Below, in pieces: positions 13,749 to 27,900 of a stretch of DNA of 64,000 nt (position 1 is the first letter of the stretch; each line of letters opens with the position of its first letter). Under the pieces are notes generated by a model. It made no database searches. It had not been told where the DNA came from and saw nothing but the letters and a program-made list of their open reading frames with translations. The stretch comes from Podarcis filfolensis (taxonomy: Eukaryota), in NCBI GenBank assembly GCA_964270895.1, contig OZ185440.1; one strand, 5' to 3'. A program made the translations under genes and the position numbers.

Positions 13749-14443
13749 GCTTGCTGAAATCCTGCCCACCCCCTTCTATTACAACTGTTAAAGGTGCTGC
13801 AGTTTCCTTTTGCATCTGACCACCCTGCTTTCCATAGTTAACCGTCCAGTAGCTCAAAGCATCTGCCTCTCCATTGCTCAGTGCGCCATATTGGTTTCCA
13901 CCCCCTGGGAGATGCAGCCATCAACCTCAGCCTTCATTTCACAGTGATTGTCATGGATAATGTAGGCAGAGGGAGGGACCAGCCTGCTGCTCAATCTCAT
14001 GGTGTCAGTCCTGAGGCCAGAAGAAGAAATGTGGAAAGAGAAGGCCATCCATCATCCAGCCTCCGGGGCTTCAATCAAGGGAAGGTGCAGAGGCAGCACT
14101 CGACTCTGTCACGGGGGCAGCAAAAACACTGACAGATGGGGCAGGCCACTGAGGAAGGTCACCTGGAACTGTCACAACTTCTAATCACAATCAAATGCAC
14201 CACCCCCACCCCCAAGCCACAGAGAAAAAGGCTGCATGGTAATCCAACAACCAATGAAAATAGCAAAGAGGCTTGTGGCACCTAACAAATCTATTGTGGA
14301 ATGTATGCTTTCATGAAGTGTTATCCTGAGTTGTGTGCTTTGTCCAGACCCCACTGAATGGGCTGGAGAAAGCATTTTTTGAGATGGATGGACAAGTATT
14401 CCTTATCAGGGCCATGGCCACTAATTATAGCATGTAACTAGAG

Positions 14444-14757
14444 TAGAGGTCTGCAACTCTTTTGGTTGCAGAGGCCACATTTGGAGATCTAGAAAACTTT
14501 AGGAGGCACCAGAGACTACCCATTTTACAGAAGAAAAACTGATGATGCTCTGAACCCTTCCCAAGGAGGCAAAACACCTATCCTCTCCAACAAATAAAAC
14601 ACGGATAAAAAAGCAACCATCACAATACCAAACAGAAGAAAAGCTCTCAATTAAAATAAAAATATAAAAATGCAGGGGGGCGAAGGCACTTGGTGGGTGC
14701 TAAAGAGGATGCTAGAGCGCACCCTGGTGCCCAAATATGCCACATTGGAGACCCTAG
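14444..14757. mobile_element. Older hAT/Charlie-like non-autonomous DNA transposon
   Basis: Degenerate TIRs (GGTCTGCAA / TTGGAGACC); 7/8 TSD AACTAGAG and AAATAGAG resembling the Charlie target preference. Confidence 0.55.
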
Positions 14758-15585
14758 AAATAGAGTTGGATTGGTGCCATATGCCCTTGTCATCTTGGTT
14801 TATTTTTTATTTTTTTTAAACTATGGAAGAAAAGATAACCTAGCTACTACAGTCATAGAAGAGTGTTGTCACAGTTCGCCTGTGTTTGATAGCTTTGCAG
14901 GGATCGCCTTTGATATAAGAACATCAAAACCACCTGCAGCAGTAGGGGCATTTGTTTCAGCATGGGCAAAACCTTTTGACTTTCTTTAGCCAAGGCAGCT
15001 ATTTTGCTGTCATTCGTTTTGATCAGCTTGGAGCACACACTGGGTTCCTCCGTAGGACTTTGTACAATCTAGCTAACAAGACTTAAAAAATAAAAGGAGC
15101 AGCAGCTAACAAGGAACTGTTGCACACAGCTTAGCTGTGATATGGATGTCTCCAAAGACTCCATGGTATGGCAAGACCTATCAATGTGCAGAACAGGTTT
15201 TGATACACTGGGACATTTATATTGTACCCCTTGCTGCTAACTGAGACAAGGCACAATGCTGGGTCTCTGATGGCTTTCCTTAGGCCATTTAGACCCTAAC
15301 TCACTGCTGTTAGAGGCTGGAGCATATGAATTCAGATCCTCTAATTCATAGCAGTGATTGCTTCTTTCCTGCAGGCAGTAGGGATCCAGGAACAATTCTA
15401 AAGCTTATAAGAAGGGAGGGCAGTCTGCTGTGAGAGAAGGACAATCCAGAACTTAGCAGGGTTAGGTCATGTAATTTGAACACTGCTCTGTCTCTCTTCC
15501 AGATAGATTTATTATTAGAGGTTTTTGCAGTACCGAGTTTATCCAAGCAAGGTGCAAGAAGCTGGGTCAGTTCCAAATAGTTATG

Positions 15586-15600
15586 GTGCCATCTGCTGGC
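15586..15600 (-). promoter_or_regulatory. CTCF core motif (GCCAGCAGATGGCAC)
   Basis: Matches the CCASYAGRKGGCRS consensus; motif match only. Confidence 0.55.
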
Positions 15601-16240
15601 TGTAAGGTGTAAATTCCTAATTCACTTGCATGCAGCCCACTATTTCAGCTTACAGGCCATTCATTGGAAAATACAACTGGACTTTAAATTATTGAATACG
15701 TATGCTCACAGCAATGCAACAGCCAACAGCCATGAAATCTGTTAGCAGCACCACTAAGAGCCATGGCACATTAGAGGGTGGATTTAAACTTCATAAAGCA
15801 CATGCGTTTGCACCTATGCTTGCTGCCCTGAACCCCCTAGAATGTGAGTTTACATGCCAAAGTGTGTAGGCGCCAGGAATACACCACCGGAAGTTTAGCT
15901 GACTGCAGCTCATTGGCACATATTTATGGGTTAGGCGAGTCTGCCGCATAAACTGTGAATTGGTCTGCTGTGAGCAGTTCCGTCAGTGGAAGCCCAGCAC
16001 AAATAATTCTGCTTCTGCAATGGGAAATTCTCCACATGCCCTGCAGCCTCAAAAATTGGCTCGGGGTGTTGGTGTCAGAAGAAAACCCCAGAACAGTGTT
16101 TGGGGGAGGGGGTACTGCTCCATCTGGGAAGCTGGGATGCTTCCACTGATGCATTGGTTGGAAGAGCACAAAGTTGAATTCCACCCAACGTCAACAAACC
16201 CAGATTCTGCATTAAGAAAACCACAAACAGGCTAAATCAT

Positions 16241-16244
<4 letters not shown>

Positions 16245-16287
<43 letters not shown>
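16245..16287. repeat. (TG)n microsatellite
   Basis: Direct read. Confidence 0.98.
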
Positions 16288-16288
<1 letters not shown>

Positions 16289-17114
16289 GCAGAAATGAAA
16301 ATGCTCTGGCATGAAATGCAGGTGACTAAGAAGAAAGAAGAAGAGTCAGTTCTTAGAACTCCTGAGCCTCAGGATGTGCAAAACAGTCCATTTCAGTTTC
16401 TCATTACTCCAGCCTCCACATGGCCACATCAGTCTGCAATTCTTTTTGAAAGAAAAGGTCCTCATGAAAAGTTAGCAGTATTTCAGTATTGTTAGCATTT
16501 CTCCCAATAAATCTTATTTTTATGCAACTTCTTCTAATGAATATAATTTTGCAAAGCAGTTTCCCCTAATATAAGGCATTTAAAATATTAGTTTCACTAA
16601 TATTTCAATTTTATGCACACAACCTTAAGGTACAGGTTACTCGCCTGGAGAACTGCATTGTAGAATTCAGTGGCTGGGGAAAGTTTCAAAAATGCATTCA
16701 ATAGGCTTCAAAATGTACATACCTTTTCAGTGCTTCAAAGCAGTTCTTTGGAGTCTTTCCCACTTTGGTTCAGATAGTTTGGGGCCTCAGTTGCTGCAGA
16801 TTCCAAAGTGGCCCAAATATCTCTGAAATGAGCCTCTTTGGTTTGGATTCATGCTTTGCCCAAAGTGAACAAAGAGCCCTAATGATTTTTTCCCTATTGT
16901 CAATGTGCTTGGAATGCCAATGTGTATTTTCAGTTAATGGGGCAGATGAGAAAAGAAAAGTCCCCATCAAAGGGCCCTGACACTCCCCACTAGTTCTGAA
17001 AATACTCTCAAGTAGCTTATCTGGAATTCAGAATGTGGAAAGACTTGTAGCAGTACCATTCCTTTGGAGAACTCTAATAAGCCTAGCATGGCTATGGCTC
17101 TTTTCAAACATCAC

Positions 17115-17246
17115 CTGAGATAGCTCAGTTGGTAGAGAAGGTCTTGGGTTCGAGACCCAGGTTGGGTGAAAGATTCCTGCATTTTCAGGGGGTTAGACTA
17201 GATGACCCTGGTGGTCCCTTTCAGCTCTTTGATTCTATGATTTTAT
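17115..17246 (+). mobile_element. Same tRNA-Lys/CR1-tail SINE with anticodon arm deleted
   Basis: TAGCTCAGTTGGTAGAG...GGTTCGAG head; tail GGGGGTTAGACTAGATGACCC...GATTCTATGATT. Confidence 0.8.
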
Positions 17247-17921
17247 CACATATATCTTGCTGGAATAAAATCAGAATGGCTGTATTCTGCTGTGTCTGAG
17301 GCTGCAATCCTTAACACAGCTCATGGGAACAAGGTGATTTCACACAATGAAACTACCTTCCAAACAAACATGTGTTTGTTTATGATAGAGATGTTGATCT
17401 TTCCCCACTTTCAGTTCCCTCTTGCTCTTGTTAATCATCTCATTACTTTAGTTATTCATTTCTTACAGGCATTGTGTCTTTTTTTGTTTCTTTTACATTT
17501 TGTTGTCATTAGTGCAGCTGCCTGAAGGAGGTGCTGGAAGCGGCTTCACTGGCCCTAAACAAAAGAAGCAGCCCCCACCACTGAAAGGATGATGAACAGG
17601 TACCAGTGGAGTAACAAGAACCCTATTCATACCCACCGATTATTCCCGCCGCTCCTTCTGTAATTAATGAAATTGCACTAAATGGTTCCATCCGTTTTGG
17701 TGTCTCATTTGTTGTGAAATGAATGCACAGCCCTAAATTGCAACTGACCCAGTTTCATCGGAGTTATGACAATTATATTTGTTTGGTGGGTGAGACATAT
17801 CAGGTGTACATAGCAGAAGAACAACCACAAAACTTTCCCTAGGTTGTCCAATATGTATATATACCACATTTAACTTCTCTGGTGATTATCAAAGCGGCTG
17901 GCATATAAAACCTAATGCTAC

Positions 17922-17966
<45 letters not shown>
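17922..17966. repeat. (AAT)n microsatellite
   Basis: Direct read. Confidence 0.98.
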
Positions 17967-18881
17967 TCCAATTTTCAAAACTGATTCAGCTGGGGAATAT
18001 AAAGGCAATACTGGGGGAGATCAGGAAAATAACTGGGTAAACCAGTGTATTTTTAACTTCCAGTGGAAGCCATCTAACATTGTTACTTCTGTGGGGAAAT
18101 CATTCCACAAGGTAGATGCCATCACCCTCAGAGATGTCCACCTGTGTAGTGCACTGTATTCAGCAGAGCTTCCCAATAAGATTGCAGTGGTCTCATCAAA
18201 ACGGGCCCCACCCCAAGATAATGGTGACGATACATTTCAACTTTTGTCTGTGGTACCTTAAAATCAGCTCAGTCATCAATGATTTCAACAACTGGTGGAA
18301 CTGCAATCTTGTTCTATCTCTGCATCTGTACCGACATCCGTTTAAGTGTAGTGACCTTGAGAATCCCTTACTCCCCACTGGTTTTTTTGGGAGCCAGCAA
18401 GCAATTGTTTGATAAAATATTCCTCTAGCAACCATCACATCCTGAGCTCCAACCAAATTCTGCTATTGGGTTAGACTCTCCCCATTGGCAAACGGCTTCC
18501 CTTGGAATCAATGCTGTCATTGATGAGTCCTGTCAGATGTCATGAGGTTGCGCTAACAAGCAAAGTGACCAATGAGCAGGAAATAAAGAGCTGGTGCGGA
18601 GCTGACACACTTTCTTCAGTGAATAGATCAAATCACTCAGAACAATACACACCAAAATGCACTAAATGGTCAGATAATCAATCACCCACATCCTAGTCAA
18701 TGTGAAGAGGCAGGCTACAGTGATGAGAGTCTTTTAACCAACATTCATCTGATAGTCTGGGGCTGGTCTGGGCAGTGGTTGGTTTCACAGGAAACAGAGT
18801 AAGCTTAGAAAGGGTCCACCAGCTTCCATGGGAGTCCATTCTACTTTTGTCAAACGGCTCTTTTTTGTTTTGTCAAACAAA

Positions 18882-19572
18882 CCCTCTGGAGCAGGAGAAA
18901 ACAAGTTTGCTCCATCTTCCATGTGATGGCCCTTTAGATATTTGAAGATGGCTATCATATCTCCTCTAAGCCTTCTCTTATCCAGGTTTAACATACCCAG
19001 TTCCCTCAAACATTCTTCATATGGCTCGGTTTCCAGACTCTTGCTCATCTTGGTCACTCTCCTCGGCACATGTTCCAGCTTGTCAACATCCTTCTTAAAC
19101 TGTGGTGCCCAGAATTGGACACAGGACTCCAGGTCTAGTCTGACCAAGGCAGAATAGAGTGGTATTATGACTTCCCTTGATCAGGACACTATACTTCTGT
19201 TGATGCAGCCAGGAAGATCATTGACTTTTTTTTGCTGCTGCATCACACTGTTGACTCATGTTAAGCTTGTGGTCTACTAAGACCCCTAGATCATTTTCCC
19301 ATGTACTACTGGCAAGCCAAGTGTCCCCCATTGGTGCAACTGGTTCTTCCTGCCTAAGTGAAGAACCTTACATTCACTCTGTTAGTTTTGGCCCAGCTCT
19401 CCAACCTGTTAAGGCCATATTGATTAACAATTCTGTGGCCTTATCTACCCCTCTGTGTTTGGTGTCATCTGCAGATATGTTGAGCATCCCTTCATTCCAC
19501 CATCCAAGTCATTTATAAATATGTTGAGCAACGCGTCCAAGACATAACCCTGTTGCACCCCACTTGCCACTT
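18882..19572 (-). mobile_element. CR1 LINE fragment (ORF2 C-terminal region)
   Basis: Translation [26 protein letters not shown]...[27 protein letters not shown] is the typical CR1 ORF2 end. Confidence 0.92.
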
Positions 19573-21111
19573 TAAATTATATATGATAAAAAGGTGTAGT
19601 GTAGTGGTTAGCATGTTTGAGTATGATTGGGAAGACCTGTTTATGTTAGTCATGTAGCGTGATTACAATCATAGTTACCTGGGAGTAAGCTCCACTGAAC
19701 TCAGAGGTGCTTGCTTCTGAGAGCACAGATTCAATTTGTAAACCAACCTATTGAGCTTTAACAAAACAACAACAACAAAACCTCCAGCCAGCTGAAATGA
19801 AAGCTTTAGGTTTCATTTGAAATGCAAATTTGCAAAAGAAGTGTTGGTGTGAAGTAGGAACTACATCAAACAAAAGACGAAGATGTATCCAGCCTCCTCA
19901 AATTTTTCTAATTCTTTTCCTATGCTGGGGTGGAGGAACCCACCCCTGAATCCAACTGCTGTTGGATTCTACCTCTCATCAGCCCCAACTAGCATGGTCA
20001 ATGGTCACAGATAAGGGGAACTGCACTCCAGCAACATCTGAAGGGCTAGTGATTCTGCGCCCCAGCTCCATGCTAATCTGTTAAAACATAGCAGAAAAAA
20101 ACAACAGCCTCATTATCACTCGATTCACGTGCCTAAGGCAAGGAGGGTCTGCCGATTATGCTGGTCCTCCAGCAGAAGATGTCGCCATGGCTGTTCTGAA
20201 ACAAGTCTGAGAACTGCATTTCCCCCTAGTGCCATTTTTGCTTCACTAAAGCACTGATTACAGGACAGCATTTGGATTACAGGACAGAAGAAGGTAATGG
20301 GATGAAGACAGACACATAGCCACACACAATCAGCCCCTAGGCAACCGCAACTAGCAAGGGAACCAGAAATTAGCTCCAGGTTAAAAAGAACCAGTTTGTC
20401 CTTGAATTGTACCACTTCCAAATACAAGGTGGGAATCTATGGTGCTGAATGCTCTCCATAAATCTCCATGGAAAACTAGTGACTCAATTTCTAGTCTTAT
20501 CTTCTCCTGGCTGTGCTACTTACCTATGTGCATGTAGCTTCTGATGGTAGGGAGCAATTATGCATATACCGCCCACTGCCCCCCATTTTGAAATGGTACA
20601 AGCCCAGGTGGGCAGCACCCTGAGATCCCTTGTGCCACATGATTCCACTGTGTTGATCAAAGGGAGAGGACTCTGGTTCTTGTCAGCATTCTTCCAAACA
20701 GAGAGGATCAACATTCAGGCAACACAGGAGATCACTTTATTTAAACTTCAAATGGTGTTATGACAGACTGACAGACCCAGAAGGAACATGCTGCATGGAA
20801 TGAGCAGCTTAGTAGAGACAGATGAGTTGGTGAAGAGGGCTGTTACTTTACTTTGTTGATGATTTTTAATTTATTTAATTTTTATTTTGCTTTTAAAGCC
20901 TTTTCCTGGCTTCTTTTCTTTTTTTAAAACCACAGGTACAAATGGTCTATGCTGGAAACAGTCCAGATGGCAGTTGTTCCCCATGATTGTTTCCGCAGCT
21001 ATGTACAACATCTGGAATTTTTGATTTCAATTTTGTCTACATCAGGTATAAAACAGATTGCAGGTTTACAAAGAACTGTTTCCGCAAAAGAAAGAGACCA
21101 AAACAAAAGGC

Positions 21112-21144
<33 letters not shown>

Positions 21145-21172
21145 AGAGAAAGAGAAAGAGAAAGAGAAAGAA
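21112..21172. repeat. (GA)n + (AAAGAG)n compound repeat
   Basis: Direct read. Confidence 0.97.
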
Positions 21173-23204
21173 GGTAGCATAGAAACTGGGACCAAAAAAT
21201 CTTCTGAGAAATTTAAAAAGTGCTATAAAACCCCCTGGAAGGAACACCATGCATTTAAGAAACACAGAATCCGTCGAGTACACAGCTCTTCTAAAACAGG
21301 AATTCTTTCACTTTTTAATTTTTTTAAAAAATGCATTTTTAATTAGAAAAAAGCTAAAATTGTAAGGTTTGGGCCACCAGTCAGCAGTAGCTTATGAGCC
21401 AAGGAGACCCTAGACTTTGGTGCTATCCCAGCTTCACCCCAAGCCAAGACCTTGGAGACTTGGCAAAAGCAGAAGGGTGACACGTCTTTGGCAGGGACGA
21501 CGGGGAAGGGATGCTACGTTTGCCGATGGATTGATGAATTAGTGCAATTATCAGTGTTCCAGCAACCTCCTTCTAGCTTTCCATGGGACTGAAACCCCCA
21601 GCTTCTTAGCACCAACGCCCCTGGGAAGGAGCCACTAGGGACCACCCAGCTTTGCCCTTTGGAGTTTCATGATCAGATGGATGAAATTCCCAATTTCCCC
21701 ATTTTTATTTCGTTTTTTGCAATATAAGGTTGAAGCTGGAATAGCATTAAAGTCTGGCCTTTTCCCTCTCCCTCTTCATTTGCTGCTGAGTAGCATGCAG
21801 GACGTCCACTCCAACCCTTGGTTTTTGGTATCCATCCCATTGTTCTTTGTGAAATTCACTCTCAGTGCTGCTGCTGGGTCTCCTCTGCTCTTGCCCAGTA
21901 AAAGACTTGCTTCTATCTGGATGCTAGACTGCAAAGGGGGTGTGTGGAATGAGGGAAGCTGGGTTTCTTTGCATTTGAAACCACAAGGTCCTGTAGCTGA
22001 GAACAAGTGCCACAGCTCAGGTAGCAGGATGCCAGCTTCCATTCTAGGCACAGAGAAAGATCTCCATGCAAAACCTGGAAATCGGCTGACAGTCAGAGTA
22101 AACTGCACTAGAGCAGATGGACCAAGGCAACTTCGCATGTTTATGACCAGCTGAAATCCATTAGAGACAACTCCTGGTTTTTGACAACAGCCATGGGCTC
22201 CAGCTCCTGCATGCTTCCTTTTAATCTTTTCAGGTTTACCAAGGAATTGTTCTTGCCTTCAGTCATTTACAGCGCTAGCTTCAGGGTTCTTCCAGATGGG
22301 TGATTATTGTGGACTGGGTGCTCCTCATGCATGGGTATTTTCTGCAGCACCCATGACTCACTAACCTCTATATGTCTGTCCTTATTTCACACACACCCTT
22401 TAATCCAGATTTACCCTTCCCAGTGGAAATCTAGTAAGTTATAATAACCTGTTGTGAGCAACCCATTTGGAATGTATGTATGACTTGGTCACAATGCCAA
22501 GTCCCCAGCTGGAAGTATTCTGAGTTATAATTTCTAATCAGAATAAAATCATTCCTCAGCTTGTTTTCATTTTGTGGGGCAAGTAGTGTTTAGAGGGCAC
22601 ATGTTTTTTTTATATGTTGGTTGGCCAGCTCACTCAACTAAGGAACGAATCTAAGGCCTATGCCACCATGTTAATACACTTACCAGAGATAAGTTGATAG
22701 GCTGATGCTGATTCTTTCTCCCTATATCCATGACCACTACCTCCTCCCTGGTTCCACTCTCCTCTCCATTTTGGATATCCACTTAAATGTTTGAGTTCTG
22801 TTTCTGCCATATTGTGTTTTCTACTACAAACATACTTGCATTGCAACAACGTTTACTCAGAAGTAATTTCCACCAACTGAAATGAGATTCCCAAGTGATG
22901 TATGTGCACCAGTTGCAGCCTTAGCCATAAGCCAATGATCACAAAGATCACATAATAAACTTGCAGAGAGGAGTCTTATAACACACCCTCCTTTATGGGC
23001 CTGTTGTTGCTCAAACGCTTTTGCGTTTGGAAGGTGCAGTAAAGGGAATAGTGGATAACAGGTTACAATTGACAAGCCAGAGGCAAGGTGGACAGGGAAG
23101 GGCAAATAGCTGTAGGATCTCTATAACCCTATCTGAGCAGGTAAAAGTCTAGAGGGTACTCCTGAAGCCAGAACTGCTTCTTGAGAAGCAGGTCAGAGTT
23201 ATTT

Positions 23205-23450
23205 CCCCCCCATCTTTGGCTCAGAAGAAACATTTTCATTTTCTGGACATGTCACACCTTGCCGCGCTGATCCATGCTTCTGCAACTTGGTTTATTACAG
23301 CAATGCTGCTCTATCTTGGGTTGCCCTTGAAGATGACACAGAAGCTTCAATTGGTGTGGATTCCTGCGGCAGATCTCCTAATGGGTGTTGGGAGGCTGCA
23401 CTGCTTGCCAATTTGCTTCCAGACCCAATTCAAGGTGCTGGCTTTAAAAG
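23205..23450 (+). mobile_element. L2 LINE ORF2 C-terminal remnant
   Basis: ALIHA...LYLGLPLKMTQKLQLV..AA..LL.G..LHCLPICFQTQFKVL matches the L2 RT C-terminal pattern (LY.GLP...KLQLVQNAAA...LHWLP). Confidence 0.8.
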
Positions 23451-24999
23451 TTAAACGTGAATGCAGTCTCTCGCTCTTCTTAAGCCGGGCGGGTGCTGAT
23501 TTCTATGCAGCAGACATTACTGTCTGTGCCACCTCTGCATGAGATTTGGACGATGAGTCACAAGCCAGGCCTTCACAGCAGTTTCCCCTGCTCTTATTCT
23601 TTGAATTTCATTCCTGAAAGAAAAGGTTTCTGACAGAGTGTAAGACACACCTTTTCTGGCAGGATTTTGGTTGACAATATTGTTTACAATGTTTTTGTAA
23701 CTATTTCCAGAAGGGTAGCCTTGTTTGTATTTTTTTTGGGGGGGGAGGCTTGTGGAGCCTTAAAAATGAACAATATTTTTTGGGCAGCCTGTTAATATTC
23801 TAAAACTGCATCTTTTCAAAAAAGCAGGCACTTTAATAAATTTTAAAATTCTGCTCTCTGGGACTTGCAACCAAGGGGCCTGTCTGTATTTGTAACAGCA
23901 ATGATGGATATAAGGTCCTATTTACTCCAGTGAAAGCCCACTCTTCTGCCTTCCACATTACACAGCAGCGTTCATCATGGTGGAAGTCATGAGACGCTCA
24001 AAGCTTGGAGATACTTTGTGAGCTGTGTGAATGGAATATGTGTTGCAGAGTCATGTGCTTTTTGCCTAGAACCATCAAAAAGACATTTCAGCATGAAGAG
24101 AAACAAAGATTTGTGGCTATAAAAATGCTCCCAACACAACTGGCTTAAAACCTCTTTTTGGATAGAAATGGTTCAAAAAAATTATGTTTTTTACTTCATT
24201 TTGGAATGACAAACTGGTCTTAGGAATTGTGGCCAGGTCACAATTTGCCTAATTTGGAAGATTTTTCCAGGATACAGCCTCTTGGTGGAAGTGCTCATAA
24301 GATTCGCCTGAATCCTAAACATGCTTTCTGGGACTCAAGCTCTTCCTCCATGCCCAAATGCAGCAGCAGTTACTTCTGAGCAAATATGCATCAAGTTGCA
24401 CTGTAAAACATCTGATACCTCTAGGAAGAAAAATATAATAATGGGTTGAACTCAATACATAAAAGTGTAGGTTTAATTAATGATTTGGCTCATAGGCAGG
24501 GTAGGAGACAGATAAGATGTAAATTTATGATGGCTGTCTTGCCCTTCTAGGAGCAATGACTGGTCATGTTTTAGCCATCTGAAGCATGTACAAAGTTATT
24601 TTTTTCATATTAAACAAAAGTTCAAATTCAATAGCATTATTTCAAATCGTCATATACTTAAAATGTGCAAAGTTGTGGCGTTCCTATCCTCTATCTAACA
24701 ACACCCTGCAATGTACTTAGTGTTATTAACAATTCAATGTGATAAACTAAACCACCCAGTCTCTGAAGGTTTCACAGAGCATAAGCCAAAACATACAAAA
24801 GCAGAAAGCAAGAACTAAATGGGGATGGGAAAGTCCTGGATACTTGTGACGTATTTAGTGTCCATCCCCAATTCATTGTGAATTAACCTGATTCCAGCAG
24901 GACCTCCCACTCAATATCCTAGCCTGCTTATAGGGATCAAGACCTACCACTTCACCCTGCTCAACTATAACCGATTGGCAGTGCTCTTCTGTTCTGCAA

Positions 25000-27900
25000 A
25001 CACTGTTACGATAGCACCAGTACAAAGAGAGAGAGAGAGGCTAAGAAGAAAACACTGAGCTGTCTAATCTTATTGTGACAGCCTTACTTGATTGGACTCT
25101 GCAACTTTGTGAAAAGTATTGAGCAAATGCAGAGTGAGCAGCAAGAGAGATGAGGGAGGCCAACTCCTATTATTAGAAGGCATTTTGTTCCCACCCTGTC
25201 CCACTGGCCCATAGCAACTGCTGGGAGGTGTACATCATACAATCAGAAATGAGTCAGCACAGCACAGTTACTCACACGTAGTACAAAAAAGAAAAAAAAA
25301 CTCCAGCATGACGCTTCACAGACACAGGGCCCAGCCCCCATGGCTGGTCCCCCAGATTCATCCAGGCCATTCAGTTACAGGTTATTTACAGTATATTCTT
25401 ATCCTACAAGAGCAAAACAACCAAAGAAAAAAAGGCAAATGAGGAACTTTTGTGCCAAAGCCGACACGAGGCCTGGCATCTTGTACATCACTGTGCAAAA
25501 TAGCCCCAATACAACAGGGTGTTTGAGGGGTTGGGTGCTCAGCGAGAAAATTGCAGTTTCAAGAAAACCCAGCAAGGAGGAAGAGGAACAGCGTGGGAAG
25601 GGAGGAGGGAGGGAAAGAGCACCAAAACATGAAGACAAGGCTGATCCTGACTGGACAGAGGGCAGAGAAACCGACCAGGCTGTGCACGTCCTCCTACCTC
25701 TGGCTGGCTTAATGCAAATTCTGTTAGCTCTTTATGGCACACTTACTTCAGCGTAAGTCACATTTAACTCAGTGGGACTTGCATCTGAGTAAGCATACAC
25801 AAGATCAGGCAGCAAAGGTACCTCTGAATTGCTGAGATTTTGGGGCCAGATTGCTAGTGGCTCGGTCTTAAATGATTTATGAACTTGGGTGTAACCTTAC
25901 ATTGGCAGGTCTCTTTGTAACTTTGGTTAGACCAGAGTGAACTCAATGAGGGCAGGAATATAAAAGATGGGACATGCAGGAATAGACACTTCAGTGCATA
26001 GAAGAAATGGAAACCACTCTTTGCTAATTACTGTGGTCCTTGACAAGTGCAGCTGGGTTCTGCTTGGAAACTCTTGTTAACAGCTACAACTGCAATGCAT
26101 GCCAGGTTATGATGGTCCTTCAAGTTTTCCAGAGAAAGTGGCAGCATCTAGGCAGACACCCACAGGCCAAGGTCCTGATCCTTACTACAATTGGTCAGCA
26201 ACAAATTACCACTATTTAGGGGGAAAGGTAAACTCTGCAATTAAGTACTAAAATGAAAGAGTTCATGGATTGAGAATTATTTCAGCTGCAGCTCTTACAG
26301 AATTTCTGTGAATTTAGTATTGCATATGAATAGTACTGCAATACAAGAAATCCCCCATTTATCCTTCTGGGGGCTCCTTTCCCTGCCCCCCTTTTCTGTT
26401 CATTAGGTGAACATCTTTCAAGTTAAATTTTCTAGTATGACTATAGACATTAATAATGCAAAGGAAATAGCTCCGACTAAAGTGCCTGGAAAAAACTGGG
26501 ATTATACATAATGCAGAGTTCAGTATTAGCAACTTGCTAAAGGGACTCCAGAGAGAGATTGAGATCAAGTCTCCTCTGTCATTGTTGGCAGAACACAAGT
26601 CCTAGACAAGAAGGACATTTGTAATGGGAACTTCAGCAAGGAGAGGTTTGCAAAGACCTGGTATGGATGAGTCAAATAAAAGCGGCTTGGGAAGTGACAC
26701 ACCAAGGACTTTTTAAACACTGAAAAGAAGTTTGAGAAAGAGGCTAAAGAGTGTTGCATTGTCTGCTATATGGCTAAACTAATCAAGCTGAGGCTATTGT
26801 TCTTTCTCTAGGCTGCTCTGTGCCTTTTCTACATGAAATTTAAACCTGAATTAAAAACTAATTTATATAATCTGAGGACATACATAGCACCTATGCAATT
26901 GACGGTGACAGCTTGTTTATACAGGACTATTCCCATGCAATTGAAATTTTCAGTAGAATTGCTTGCCTTAAACCAGCCAGCATTCACCTTCTCCCATCGT
27001 CCAAGCCCATCATACCACCTGCTGGGTTCCAGAGCAAACGGACAGCTCCAAGGTTTCAATTACATTAAACAGGATATGTATGTACATATGTATATAGTTA
27101 TACAAAGAGAAACAAGCACCTTAGATCTGCACAGGCCAATTGGCTGGAATCTCTTGCAGTACGGTTAACATGGATCTATCCTTGAGAAAATTTATACATA
27201 CATATTTGAATGGTTGAGTTGCCCTGCAAGCTGGCCATTAAAAGGAAGGCGGGGGCGGGGGTGGGAGTTGCACCAAGCCATGATCCCTGGATACAATTCC
27301 CATAACTTACAGCTGCCATGCGGCTGACAATGGTATCTTTCTCAAGCTTTACATAATGTGATAGCACACTCCTGATATTGATAAAGGCTGAATGGCTGGG
27401 TTGTGCTTGGTGCCATCTGCAAAAAGGTTGGGTAGGAAGGTTCTTTTGGAATGCCTGCTAGGGATCACAATGGGACCCAGAGCCTTGTGCACATGGTAAT
27501 TTTTTTCATCTGAATGCCCAGAGCAAATGTGGTGAGGACCCAAACCTGGATGCATCTGAAATCCTTGGATCAGTAGTAACTAGTCTGAGTTTCCTAGATT
27601 GGGGGTTCCCAATGACTTTTTGCCAAGTGCTGAAGATGGCCAGGTAGATTTCAATCCATGATCTCTGTTATGGTGGAATGTCTATTTATAACCCTGTGCA
27701 ATAGGACGGGAGAATGTCCAAACCACATCAAGAGAGAAATGGGAGGTGTGAAACAGGGAGCCTGTAAGGAAGGGACCTGCAAGATGCTAAAGGTGTGAGG
27801 TGGAGCCTTTCCACATCCACTTCCCAACTGCAGAGAGGAAATGAAGTGGGGCTGCTTCAATACTTAGGCTGTAGCTCTGCAGATGCAGGAAACTGTAGAT

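Noticed and set aside
18785-19147. 120-aa ORF as a host gene
   Set aside because: It is a CR1 ORF2 remnant.
20987-21346. Lys/Glu-rich ORFs
   Set aside because: Translation of the (GA)n/(AAAGAG)n microsatellite.
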